DNA of 64,000 nucleotides from Octopus vulgaris (GCA_951406725.2 OX597815.1:185876001-185940000), one strand, 5' to 3'. Shown: positions 25,731 through 39,439, counted from the first letter of the stretch. Notes: generated by a model not told the origin, from the sequence alone. Program-made: numbers and translations.

Positions 25731-26548
25731 TTTATTATTTGTATTTATACATTTTCTTTTCATCATACTATTCTATGTACAAGGCCTGAAATTTGGTGAG
25801 CAAAGGACAGTCTATTACATCAATTATAAAAACCAGTCAAGTACCCCAATACTTGACTGGTATTTATTTTATTAATCCCTGAAGGATGAAAGGCAAAGCC
25901 AACCTCTAAGAATGTCAAGGCAACAGCTAAGCATTTTGCCAGTTCACCGCCTTAAAATGAATAACAACATTCAAATATCAAAGAAAGTGTTCAGAAATTA
26001 GAGGAACCCCTTAAAAGCAATCCAGGCACCTGCAGAATTTACATTGCCCTGGTCACTAAGGTCAAGTGCCATCACTTTCAACTGTGATTTCCCTTTACAG
26101 ATGCATGCAGAGAGATGAACTATTTGGGTCACTTCAGCATTCTCATCCTTGTTTTCTCCCACCACATTTCAAGAGGCTGCCAAGTTCTTGTCATACATTG
26201 TTGAAAATGTCCACCAAGGGAGATAACCTCCCGGTCTATAAAATCCCTTAGAAGCATCTCAGAATACAACAGTGACAAGAGACCTTCATAAGAGTGACAT
26301 GACAGACACATATAATGGCTTGTTTGATTGCTGTATTCTTTTATTTGTTTCAGTCATTTGACTGCGGCCATGCTGGGGCACCACCTTTAGTCAAGCAAAT
26401 CAATCCCAGGACTTATTCTTTGTAAACCTAGTAACTTATTCTATCAGTCTCTCTTGTCGAACCGCTATGTGACAGGGACGTAAACACACCAGCATCAGTT
26501 GTCAAGCGATGTTGAGGGGACAAACATACATACATGCATATATATTTA

Positions 26549-26581
<33 letters not shown>

Positions 26582-26677
26582 TACTAATATAGGATGAACA
26601 TTTTTTTCAGAAAAATATTTCATCGAAAAAGTGGCAGCATATTAAAATACCTTTAAAGGTTAAAATTATAAATATCT

Positions 26678-26790
26678 TATAAAACAAGGGCAAAAGAAAA
26701 TTTTTTTCCATGCCAATACAATTGACAATTTAAAAGTCTGTTATCAGCATATTGGCATGGAAATAATTTTTCTTTTGCCCTTGTTTATAA
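26678..26790. repeat. Foldback inverted repeat, probably Penelope-derived
   Basis: aaacaagggcaaaagaaaatt...ttccatgccaata / tattggcatggaa...aattttcttttgcccttgttt. Confidence 0.8.
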
Positions 26791-26805
26791 GTTGTATATA
26801 TATAA

Positions 26806-27250
26806 CCAAAATCAAACCAAATCAAAATAGATGAACATCAATGGAATTTGTATCTTTGTGGTACCAGTGCCGATGGCACATAAGAAAACCATCCAAACAT
26901 GGCCGTAGCCAGTACCACATCGACTGGCCTCTGTGCTGTGGGCACGTAACAAACACCATCCGATCGTGGCCGTTCGCCAGCCTCATCTGGCACCTGTGTC
27001 GGTGGCACATAAAAAAACACCATCCGAGCGTGGCCGTTTGCCGGCCCCATCTGGCACCTGTGTTGGTGGCACATAAAATCACCCACTACACTCTCGAAGT
27101 GGTTGGCGTTAGGAAGGGCATCCAGCTGTAGAAACACTGCCAGATCTGACTGGCCTGGTGCAGCCTTCGGGCTCCCCAGACCCCAGTTGAACCGTCCAAC
27201 CCATGCTAGCATGGAAAGCGGATGTTAAACGATGATGATGATGATGATGA
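26806..27250 (+). mobile_element. RTE LINE 3' UTR fragment
   Basis: Tandem ~60-bp units; ends cccatgctagcatggaaagcggatgttaaac(gat)n. Confidence 0.85.
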
Positions 27251-27845
27251 CAACGGGCTTCTTTCATTTTTTGTCTAGGCTTTGGTTGGCCCGAGGCTAT
27301 AGTAGAAGACACTTGCCGAAGGTGCCATGCAGTGGGACTGAACTTGGAACCATGTGGTTGGTAAGCAAGCTACTTACCACACACCCACTCCTGTGCTAGA
27401 GTCAATCTATTGTGGTCAACAGCTGTTGGACAAATCTCCTCAAACCAGTAATGCTTAGATACTGAATGAATTCATTCAAAACAGTTTTGTTGTGGGTTTC
27501 ATATTTAGGCAAGAAATCCTAACCTTATGTTAATACTGAAACTTAAATTGGTTGCTGTCTTGGCTAAATAGGGTTGAAAGATTTGGAAAAGATAGGAAAC
27601 AATGATGACAGTTTGAGAGATGTGAAAATGTAAGGGGAACTGTAAAACATGAGATAAATGATGAGAAAGTTGATGAGAGAATAAGTGCAAGATGGAGACG
27701 AACGGACAGGGAAATTCGAGCTTCAGATGAGATAATGGTTTGAGGAATAAATAATGGGTGTAAATGAGTTAACGAGGGTAAAAGGATAGCAGGTAGACAT
27801 GTAAGTAGAATGATGGATAGAGAGATATGGTCGTGTGCAAATATA

Positions 27846-28137
27846 ATGTATGCATGTATGTATGTATGTATGTATGTTTGTATGTATGTATTATGTATGT
27901 ATGTATGTATGTATGTATTATGTATGTATGTATTATGTATGTATGTATGTATATATGTATTATGTATGTATGTATGTATTATGTATGTATGTTTGTATGT
28001 ATGTATTATGTATGTATGTATGTATGTATTATGTATGTATGTATTATGTATGTATGTATTATGTATGTATGTATTATGTATGTATGTATGTATGTATGTA
28101 TGCATGTATGTATGTATGTATGTATGTATGTGTATGT
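27846..28137. repeat. (TATG)n compound microsatellite
   Basis: Direct reading. Confidence 0.97.
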
Positions 28138-28139
28138 CA

Positions 28140-28217
28140 GGTCACTTTCGAGTGCTACTGGTAACATGTAACCCAGTACAACCTGTTGCATGGTCGGGTC
28201 ATCGGCGACTAAACTGG
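28140..28217 (+). ncRNA. HDV-like ribozyme candidate
   Basis: P1 GGTCAC/aTGGTC, P2 CCAGT/ACTGG, P3 aCA/TGc, L3 aCCtgt pairing with GG, P4 GTC/GGC, J4/2 GA-C-TAA; two mismatches. Confidence 0.55.
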
Positions 28218-28690
28218 CAACCCCACCAAGCTTGCTTGGTGAGGAGGGTGTTTATTGGACACCCTGCGGGATCAAAAACGAAGCCCGTCAAAGGACGGAG
28301 GACCTCTTGAGGGTCAACGGCCATCCAATAAATGTCTTAAGGATGCATCATGCGCGGGGACATAGAAATAATCGGACTGAATACCCGATCGCGCGGTTAA
28401 ACCATTGGGAGTGAAGGACTCCTAGCCTTTGTTAGGGCATCCTTCTAGGAGAAGGTAATTCAGGTAATTGGGATAACTCCGACATAAAACCTGCGGCTCA
28501 GTGGTTACCAATGATATTGACTTGTTCTTCTTTTTGGATTATGACTGCTGTTGCTTAGTGAGTGGGATTGACTCAGTGCACAGCCTTTCCTCACTTTAAA
28601 AAAAAATCTTCTTGCACAGGCATTGCACGATAACAACATGATTAAGCTTCGTGCAAAGGCCATACTCAATAACGAAGGGCCAGCCACCAT
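28140..28690 (+). mobile_element. Non-autonomous RTE-derived element between (TATG)n tracts
   Basis: RTE 5' UTR-like motif gggcatccttctaggagaaggtaa...aaaacctgc; no RT ORF; (ATGT)n tail. Confidence 0.6.
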
Positions 28691-29652
28691 GTATGTATGT
28701 ATGTATGCATACAGACATCTACAAACTGACAGACAGATAGGTAGACAGAGAGACAGACTGACAGATAAGCAGACAGGTAGATTAGCACCATCATGATGGT
28801 CTGTTTGGATTCCTGACCAATCATAATCTCTCATTGTATTTCTTCCAGTGTGTTCCCTCAGTTTCTTTACTGCTTCCACTTTGATCCCCCCTCATGTCAT
28901 CCTCGAGACTTTCAATTCCAATTTCTGTCAGGTGATTCTTAGCTGTCTTCATTCCTTTTCCTTCCTGGGTTCTTATTCAAGGCTTCTTTTTCCAAACATC
29001 CTTTGAAGCAAAGCATTTTATGTAACCAGAAAGCATGTTGTCTACAACAGGTGGAAGTAAGGAAGACTTTGAAATGTCAATTTGAAAATCGAGTCAGCCT
29101 TTTAGAGTTTTAAAGCTTGTTTGGTAGGCAGAGTCACCACCCAGACATTTACTTGAGGAATGCCAATAGCAATGCCAAATCCATCCTGTTATGTGGTGCT
29201 AAATCTTAGCAGACAACTATCAATATCTTGAGAAGGTTCAGAACATTCGTGAATTGGTGTCCCAGAAATACTCTGAACATTAAACGGGCAGAAGTTTTGA
29301 GTTACAATCACCTTTGGGTCAAAGCCAGGAAAGATGCTATTGGCAGACAAACAGCAAGAGACCTAAGTGATGATGGGTAGGCCATATGGTCACCTTTGGG
29401 TCAAAGCCAAGCAGGAGCTCATCAAATAGAATTGACCAATGAATAGCAAGACGTAAGGAGGTTTGTGTGGGACATATGTTTAGAGATCAGTTGAACAGAA
29501 TTAGATAGATAGATAGGAGAGAGGAAGAGAGAGTGAGGTGAGGAAAGGAGAGAGAAAGAAAGAGAGAGAGTGGGTGAATGAGTGAGAGAGGCAATTGATA
29601 AAAATAAATAATAATGAAAGAATATGTCTATCTGTATATGTGTGTATATATG

Positions 29653-29696
<44 letters not shown>

Positions 29697-29956
29697 TATC
29701 ATCATCATTTAACATTTGTTTGCAGTGATGATGATGATGATATCTATATGTGTGTGTGTGTGTGTATATTATAAAACTCACTGTATTTCTTACTATCCCT
29801 TTTCTGCTGTGTGTTTCTCTCTCTCTCGTTCTTACACTATATGTATGTATGTATGTATGTATGTAAATATTTGTGTGTGTGTGTGTGTATATACATATAA
29901 ATATATTTATAAATATATATACACAGGCATTTAGATAGCTAGATAGCTAGATAGTA

Positions 29957-30243
<287 letters not shown>

Positions 30244-30361
30244 TGCCCCAGCATGGCAACAGTCTCTGGTTGAAACTGATAATAAGATAATAGAATAACA
30301 AATATATGTATATCTATATATATATTAAAAGAAGAGGAACAGAGATAGTAAGAGATGGAAT

Positions 30362-30398
<37 letters not shown>

Positions 30399-30714
30399 AA
30401 AGATGGAGGAAGAGAGGGAGAAGAGGAGGAAGAGAACAGAATATAAATAAATGAAAGAAAAGAAAGAAAGAAAGAAGTGAAGGAAAAAGAGATATAAAAC
30501 TGGACATTGAAGAATACCAAATTAGATGAATGATGCAGTTTGGGGTGGAAAGAGAGACATTGAGATGAGAGATGAGAGTACGGGTGATGGAAAAAGAAAG
30601 GTTAAGAGAAGGTTAGGGAAGATTGATTGGAAATAATTTTAGACTGATCAATACAGACTTAAATTTTGTTCTGTAATTAAATCACGCACCACAAGCTAGT
30701 CTTTCACTGCTTAC

Positions 30715-30846
30715 TTCTTTCTTTCCTTCTTTCTTTCTTTCTATCTCTCTGTTCATTCTTTTCATTCCTTTACTTTTTCTTCTCCTTTGTTTTGTTCATT
30801 GTTTCTATCTACCATTCTTCGTTCTTTCTTTCTTCCTTTCTTTCTT

Positions 30847-30881
<35 letters not shown>

Positions 30882-31335
30882 GTCTTTCTTTCTTTCTACC
30901 TCTTTCTTTTCCCTTATTTATCTGTTGCCTCCCTCCTTTCTTTGCTTCTTTCTTTTCTCCTTTCTTTCTTTCTTTCTTTCATTCTTCCTCTCTTTCTTTC
31001 TTTCTCTCTTTCTTTCATTCTTCCTCTCTTTCTTTCTTTCTCTCTTTCCTTCTCTGTTTGTTGCTTTTTCTCTTTCTTCCTCTCTTTGTTTCTTTCTCTC
31101 TTTCTTCCTCTCTTTGTTTCTTTCTCTCTTTCTTTCTTCTTTCCTTTCTCTCTTTCTTTCTTCCTTTCCTTCTTCCTTTCTTTCTGTTGTTCTTTCTTTC
31201 TTTCTTTGTTCGTTCATTTGTTCCTTTCTTCCTTCCTTCTTTCTTTCTTCCATCCTTCTTTCCCTATCTTTCTTTCTTCCTTCCTTTCTTTCCTTCCTTC
31301 CTTCTTTGTCTTCCTCCTCCTTTTCTCACTCCTTC
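30715..31335. repeat. Polypyrimidine (TTTC/CT) low-complexity tract
   Basis: Direct reading. Confidence 0.95.
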
Positions 31336-31669
31336 CCTGGCTATACATCATCTGTGGCACTATTATTTGCCACGTCTCTGTATGACGTGTGCACTTGCAT
31401 ACATGCATGCATGTGTGTGTGCGTGTGTGTGTGTGCAGGCACGCATATGTGTGTGTGGGGGGTGTATGTGTGCCTCCTCTGAGTAGTGGTTGGCATTAAG
31501 AAATGCATTCAAGCATGGAAACCATGTCAAAACTGAGACATTGAGACAACCCTTGCTAGCATTGGAAGAAGATAACAAGATGTAATGAACACGATGCTGA
31601 TGATCACAAGAGTATGTGTGTATATACATATATATATATATTTATATACACATATATATATATACACAC

Positions 31670-31701
<32 letters not shown>

Positions 31702-31854
31702 GTATATATAAATATATGTGTTTAAATATATATGTTTGTGCCTGTATATGTGTTTGTATATGTATGTATGTGTGAGTATGTGTGTATGTGTGTGTGTGTT
31801 TGTAAGTTTATATGTGTCAAACAATGTTGGAGATGTATGTATAAAAAATATACG

Positions 31855-32068
<214 letters not shown>

Positions 32069-32818
32069 TGTATATATATATGTATGTATGTATGTATGCA
32101 CAAAAGCGACTTCATGTCAGTTTTGACAAATGAATGTTCCACTTGTTTGGTCAATGCATCCATAGAACTACCTGCTCATCGTGTTCTATGCTTCCTGTGA
32201 CTGAGATACGCATCCTCTGACACTCACATCTTTTACCTTATTGCAAAACACACATAGTTCCTCACTGTGTGTGACAAGGTTGCACTCTTTCAATTACAGA
32301 CGCATTCCATTTGCGTCTTCTTCACAGTTTTTGTCTAAACTCTGAAGAATTTCACACCCCAAGTTGATATAACGTACACTGCATACAGACACACACACAG
32401 ATATGCAGATATACATATATACATACATAGATATATATATATATATCAATAATATAGTGATTGTTTCTTATCAGGAACAAAATGTTTAATAGGACTGCTA
32501 TAGAAGTGCTCAATTAAATGAGACAAATATATTAAACTGTGGTTGCAGAACAAACAAATACAAGGTCATCCCCGTAACATTTCATATCTCGAACATTTAA
32601 TCACATAATGCTTTTTCTTTCACATAGAATATACATATATAACATCACGGAAGATGAAACACAACTCATCTGTACAAGCATATAAGAAAATGCAAGATAG
32701 TGCATGAATACAGTTCATCTCGGTTAAAAGTTAACGATTAATACTTTAGCAATTAAGAAATATATTTTTTGTTAGATATATATACACATTTATAGGGCAT
32801 ATGGGGTATATATAGGAC

Positions 32819-32880
<62 letters not shown>

Positions 32881-32913
32881 ATATATATATATTTAATATA
32901 CATACACATATAT

Positions 32914-33007
32914 AGGGCATATGGCGTAGTGGTTAAGAATGAGGGCTACTAACCCCAAAATCCCGAGTTTGCTTCCAGGCAGTGACCTGAATATAATGAT
33001 AATAATA

Positions 33008-33071
<64 letters not shown>

Positions 33072-33201
33072 CATCAAAAATACCTTAGGAATGAGAACCA
33101 AGATTCGAAATTTCCCCAAGGCTGGAGGGTTTATTAGCCGAAAAGTTGTGTTAACAACAAACAAGATGAGGACAAATAATCGTCAAATGTAAATAATGTA
33201 T
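32914..33201 (+). mobile_element. SINE family H (tRNA head, (AAT)n, hammerhead tail); core deleted in this copy
   Basis: Colinear with 63570-63865; 13-nt deletion removes acacctgaNgaag at 33120/33121. Confidence 0.85.
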
Positions 33202-33879
33202 AGAAGCCATAATTAAAATAGTTGTAATAAAATAAGTCAATGGAGTAGGGGTCCAAAGTCTGCAGGAAAGCTGCCCAATCTGAAGAGGGAAGTATTTTCA
33301 TATTTGCCAAAAGAAATTGTCCCATATGCTTGCATTTGCTGAAAATTTTGTATCTGAAACTAAGTAGTGTGGTGGAATTCTTTGATCTAAAAAGTATGTG
33401 ATTTTTCTGCTATAAATTTCATACCTTAGATCCATTTATATTTGGAATGTATTTCTCTATGTTTATGCCTCATAAATGACAGTTTATCATGCATGCCTGG
33501 TCAGGTGGGCAAACATCATAGTTTCAACAGTTACAGCTGGGAGTTGGCTTTTGGTAATGCTTATGAGTGATAATGTTCTTCATATTGAGGTAGCAGGTGT
33601 ATGATATTTTCAGTGAGTATCAATTAAAAATCTTTTTGTATTTTTGGAAATGCTTATCTTAAAGAGACAGAAAGTACTTGCTTATGTTAGTTTTAAAATT
33701 TAGGGAGAAAAAGCTGAAGTGGTGAACCATAATATTTTCCTCAATCCACTTTTTGATTTATTTTTAAGATTCATAATTTTACACATATATATAATTGGCA
33801 TTTTTGTCAGTTACAAGAACAACAACAAGCGTTTCAGGTGATCCAATCAATGGGACAACATCTCTTTTTCTATCTCTTT

Positions 33880-34290
33880 CTCTTTTACTTGTTTCAGTTA
33901 TTTGACTGCGGCCATGCTGGAGCACCGCCTTTAATCGAGCAACTCGACCCCGGGACTTATTCTTTTGTAAGCCGAGTACTTATTGTATTGGTCTCTTTTG
34001 CCGAACCGCTAAGTGACGAGAACATAAACACACCAGCATCGGTTGTCAAGCAATGCTAGGGGGACAAACACACACATACACCCACACATATATATAGATA
34101 GATATATATATATATACATATATACGACAGGCTTCTTTTCAGTTTCCGTCTACCAAATCCACTCACAAGGCTTTGGCCGGCCCGAGGCAATAGTTGATGA
34201 TACTTGCCCTAGGTGCCACGCAGTGGGACTGAACCCAGAACCATGTGGTTGGTAAACAAGCTACTTACCACACAGCCACTCCTGCGCCTA
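33880..34290 (-). mobile_element. SINE B inserted in a SINE C-related remnant (33830-33862 plus 34291-34478)
   Basis: Family match; host halves are colinear. Confidence 0.88.
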
Positions 34291-34481
34291 TTTGTGAAAT
34301 TAATGTGCAAGTGGCTGAGTGCTCCACAGATACATGAACACTTAATGTAGTTCTCAAGGAGATTCAGTATGACAGAGAATGGCACAAGGTTGGCTCTTTG
34401 AATTACTGGTACAACTCATTTCTGCCAGCTGATTGGACTTGAGCAATGTGAAATAAAGTGTCTTGCTCAAGGACACAAGTC

Positions 34482-35350
34482 AAGGCAAGGCTGGCAACGG
34501 CCACAATCGGATGGTGCTTTTTATGTGCCACCAGCACGGAGGCCAGTCGGGGCAGCGCTGGCAATGGACACGGTCGGGTGGTGCTTTTTACGTGCCACCG
34601 GCACGGGGGCCAGGCGAGGCTGGCAACGGCCACGATCGGATGGTGCTTTTTACGTGCCACCGGCACGGAGGCCAGTCGGGGCGGCGCTGGCAACAGCCAC
34701 TATCGGATGGTACGCTTACGTGTCACCAGCACTGGTATCGCAGCTGCAATTTCCATTGATGTTGATCGACTTTGATTTTGGTTCTGATTTCTGATTTGAT
34801 TTGATTTCATTTGATTTTGATTTCCGAGTTCCACTTGCCTCAACGGGTCTTCACAAGTGAAATTTTGTGTCCCAAGAAGGAAAGGTATGCATAAGTCGAC
34901 TGGCTACATCCCAGGTAGAGGCCACGGGTAATGGTCTCACTAGTCCTGCCGAGTCTTCTCACACACAGCATACTTCCATAGGTCTTGGTCTCTAGTCATG
35001 TCCTCAGTGAGACCTAAAGTTCGATGGTCGTGCTTCACCACCTCGTCCCAGGTTTTCCTGGGTCTGCCTCTTCCACAGGTTCCCTCAACCACTAGGGTGT
35101 GGCACTTTTTCACACAACTATCTTCATCCATTCTCACCACATGACCATACCAGCGCAAACGTCTCTCTTGCACACCACATCTGATGCTTCTTAGGTCCAG
35201 CTTTTTTCTCAATGTATTTACACTCTATCAAGTATGAACACTGACATTACACATCCATCGGAGCATACTGGCTTCATTTCTTCCGAGCTTACGCATATCC
35301 TCAGCAGTCACGGCCCATGTTTCACTGCCATGTAGCATGGCTGTTCGTAC
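34482..35350 (-). mobile_element. RTE-clade LINE 3' fragment (ORF C-terminus plus repeat-containing UTR)
   Basis: RRLRWYGHVVRMDEDSCVKK...EGTCGRGRPRKTWDEVV. Confidence 0.92.
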
Positions 35351-35442
35351 ACATTTCACTGCCATGTAAGCATGGCTGGGTGAAACTTTTCATTATGCAT
35401 AACACACACACACACACAGATGAAGCTCAGAATGTAATGCAA

Positions 35443-35474
<32 letters not shown>

Positions 35475-35504
35475 AGTCCGACTGTTTGTCTGTCTATCTA
35501 TCGC

Positions 35505-35950
35505 CTATGCCAGGGGTGTAACCAGCCCACTTATGCATACCTTTCCTTCATTGGTAACTAAACTCTGCTTGCGAAGACCTGTTGAGGCAAGTGAAATCGA
35601 AATCAAATTCGATAACTGGCATCTGTGCTAGTGGAGCGCTAACAGCACCGTCCGAGCCTGATCGTTGCCAGAGCAGCTAACTGGCACATAAAAAGCACCA
35701 TTCGAGTGTGATTGTTACCAGCATTGTCTTACGGGCACTTGTGCTAGTGGCATGGGAAAAAACATTCAAGCGAAGTCATTGCCAGTGCCACTGGATTGGT
35801 TCCTGTACAGGTGGCACGTAAAAAAAAAAAACCCATTTGAGCATGGCCATTGCTAGTACCACCTGACTAGCCACGTAAAAGCACCCACTACTCTTGGAGT
35901 GGTTGGCGTTAGGAAGGGCATCCAGCTGTAGAAACTCTGATGATGATGAT
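35505..35950 (+). mobile_element. RTE 3' UTR fragment
   Basis: Homologous to 34840-34910 (reverse complement) and 27080-27135. Confidence 0.8.
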
Positions 35951-35964
35951 CTATCTATCCATCT

Positions 35965-36071
35965 TGTTTGATCGGAATTTTTTTCTCCTTTTTTTTCTAT
36001 TTTCAAAAAGAAAAACTCTACATTGTATTTTGTCCCCTCTGTGTTCGGCCCTGTGTGGCTAATAAAGAAAC
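35965..36071 (+). mobile_element. Tx1-like LINE extreme 3' end in (TATC)n
   Basis: ttgtcccctctgtgttcggccctgtgtggctaataaagaaac followed by (tatc)n. Confidence 0.85.
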
Positions 36072-36072
36072 T

Positions 36073-36103
<31 letters not shown>

Positions 36104-36232
36104 CTATCTTTTTATCTATCTGTCTATCTATCAATCCATCTATCTACCTGTGTGTCTGTCTGTCTATCTATCTATCTATCTATCTATATATCTATCTATC
36201 TATCTACACACACATATATATGTATATAAAAC

Positions 36233-36269
<37 letters not shown>

Positions 36270-36607
36270 AGAGAGAGAAGGATTAAGAGAAGGGGAGAGG
36301 GAGAAAGACAAAAATGAGAGAGCCAGAGAAACAAAAAGTGCAAGAGAGGGAAAGAGAAAGAGAGACTAAAACACAGGTTATATTAATCTACGTCAATATT
36401 GTTCAGCAGGTTACTTATAAATTCAATTTAAATTCATGAAATTTTTTGTATAACAATAAAATTTATATTCTTTGTCAAATGATGGGTTAGACATGGAACT
36501 TTTAATTGAATAATCAATGATGTCCTTCATAAAAATATATGTGAATATGTATCACTTGCCTTATCTATGTGTCTATGCCTTTGTGGGTATATATATATAT
36601 ATATATA

Positions 36608-37015
36608 TACATACAAAATTTAAAGGACTGACCACTAAAAGTGGACGGTCAATATGCTAGATATAGACGTCAAAATCATTTTGACGTCTATATCTAGCAT
36701 ATTTTTATGCATATACGTGAATATTAACAAGTGAAACTGATCGGTACATAGGTAATCGTTTTTGATTTCGGATATTTTCATTTGTCTTGCTTATTTTTTA
36801 CACTTTGGTTTTGTGCTGAGTTTTTTCTTGAGAACACATTCTTCGTGGAAAATAGCGATTTTGACGTCTATATCTAGCATATTGACCATCCACTTTTAGT
36901 GGTCAGTTCTTTAAATTTTGTATGTAAAAAATATTTTAATCTTCGGATTTTTTTTAATATGCTAGGCCACTGGTTTTAATTGATTAATATCAATTTCTAC
37001 ACTTATTCAATTTTA
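36608..37015. mobile_element. Penelope-like terminal fragment with nested inverted repeats
   Basis: 36610-36677 is inverted at 36857-36926, and part of it is again inverted at 36678-36702. Confidence 0.7.
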
Positions 37016-37094
37016 TATATATACACACATACACAGGCACACACATACACACACAGATAATATAATATATATTATATATAATATTCTTTTGTTC

Positions 37095-37295
37095 TTTTAC
37101 TCTTTTACTTGTTTCAGTCAATTGACTGTGGCCATGCTGGCACACCACGTTTTTGGCGAACAAATCACCGCAAGGACTTTTTCTTGGTAAGCCTAGTATT
37201 TATTCTATCAGTATCTTTTGCTGAACTGCTAAGTTATGGGGATGTAAAGGAACCAGCATCAAGTGATGTGGGGGGACAAACACAGAAACACAAAC

Positions 37296-37339
<44 letters not shown>

Positions 37340-37866
37340 TGGGCTTCTTTCAGTTTCTGTCTGCCAAATCCACTCACAAAGCTCTGATGGGCTATAGTTG
37401 ATGACACTTGCCCAAGGTGACACACAGTGGGAATGAACCCGGAACCATGTGGTTGTTAAGCAAGCTACTTACCACACAGCCACTCCTGCACCTATGTATA
37501 TATATATACTCTTTTACTCTTTTACTTGTTTCAGTCATTTGACTGCAGCCATGCTGGAGCACCGCCTTTAGTCGAGCAAATCAACCCTGAGACTTCTTCT
37601 TTGTAAGCCCAGTACTTATTCTATCGGTCTCTTTTGCCGGACCGCTAAGTGACAGGGACGTACACACACCAGCATCGGTTGTCAAGCAATGCTAGGGGGA
37701 CAAACACAGACACACAAATACACACACATACATACATATATATACATATATACGGCAGGCTTCTTTCAGTTTCCGTCTACCAAATCCTCTCACAAGGCAT
37801 TGGTCGGCCCGGGGCTATAGCAGAAGACACTTGCCCAAGATGCCACACAGTGGGACTGAACCCGGA
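37095..37866 (-). mobile_element. Two tandem SINE B copies (37095-37492, 37508-37866)
   Basis: Family match. Confidence 0.9.
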
Positions 37867-38047
37867 AATATATATTCTGTTATTCTTTTACTCTTTTTTT
37901 TATTCTTTTATTCTTACAGTCATTTGACTGCAGCCATGCTAATAAATGCATAATATATATATATATATATTGTGTGTATGTGCATGTGTGTGTACGTGTG
38001 TGTGTGTGCATTTTATTTGCCTAATTATAAATTTTTATAAATTCCTT

Positions 38048-38119
<72 letters not shown>

Positions 38120-38403
38120 CACACATATACACAAACATATACATATATATATACTTTTATACACAGCTGCTTATGTCTCTATATCCAACTCTCAATCTAT
38201 CTATCTATCCCATCTGTGCAGCAGAAACCATATACCCTATGAAAATCATTCTCAACCTGGATGTACTGAAATACAATCAACATACATTTACCACATTTAC
38301 AATACATGAACAAGTATTACATGAAAGTGTACATTCATTTACACATGTATGTATGAATGTAGGTAGTGGGTGCATATATATATGCAGATGTCCTCATGTT
38401 TGT

Positions 38404-38461
<58 letters not shown>

Positions 38462-38477
38462 ATGCATATATATATAT

Positions 38478-38643
38478 AGGCGCAGGAGTGGCTGTGTGGT
38501 AAGTAGCTTGTTTACCAACCACATGGTTCCGGGTTCAGTCCCACTGCGTGGCACCTTGGGCAAGTATCATCTACTATAGCCTCGAGCCGACCAAAGCCTT
38601 GTGAGTGGATTTGGTAGACGGAAACTGAAAGAAGCCTGTCGTA

Positions 38644-38674
<31 letters not shown>

Positions 38675-38892
38675 GCGTGTGTGTGTGTTTGTGTGTCTGT
38701 GTTTGTCTCCCTAGCATTGCTTGACAACCGATGCTGGTGTGTTTATTGTCCCCGTCACTTAGCGGTTCGGCAAAAGAGACCGATAGAATAAGTACTGGGC
38801 TTACAAAGAATAAGTCCCGGGGTCGAGTTGCTCAATTAAAGGCGGTGCTACAGCATGGCTGCAGTCAAATGACTGAAACAAGTAAAAGAGTA
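38478..38892 (+). mobile_element. SINE B, full length
   Basis: GGCGCAGGAGTGGCTGTGTGG...GGTTCAGTCCC...accttgggcaagt...actgaaacaagtaaaaga. Confidence 0.95.
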
Positions 38893-38900
38893 AAGATTAA

Positions 38901-38939
<39 letters not shown>

Positions 38940-39390
38940 TATGTTTATGGCTGTCCTTTTGTAAGTATGTATACGTGTAGTTTTGTAGGTAGTTTATCTG
39001 TGTGGGCTTGCATGCTTCATGTTCATTGCACATGGCAAATTTTCAATAAGATAATGGTGTTCCTTTCACATGATGCACACAAAAGCTAAACGCACACCAA
39101 TAAAGAGATACGTGTACGTACAAGGAAAAGACAAATTTTACAAATTCATTCTGATAATAGATGGTCGTTTTAAATACACACTATTGTCTCTGTCTTTCTT
39201 TCTCTGCCTTTCTCTTCTTCATTTCCCTCTCTCTCATATATATGGGTGTGAATATATATATATATATGTACATATATATGTGTGTGGGTATATATATATA
39301 TATGTGTGTGTGTGTGTATATATATATATGTGTGTATATATATATATGTGTGTGTATATATATATATATATGTGTGTGTATATATATATA

Positions 39391-39439
<49 letters not shown>

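Larger units (their letters stand above)
26337..27395 (-). mobile_element. SINE B split by nested inserts in its internal microsatellite
   Basis: 3' half at 26337-26525, 5' half at 27250-27395. Confidence 0.85.

Noticed and set aside
26050-26260. Possible RT remnant (KVMALDLS on the minus strand)
   Set aside because: Single short motif in heavily decayed sequence
29308-29409. 20-bp direct repeat tcacctttgggtcaaagcca
   Set aside because: Two copies only; no interpretable structure
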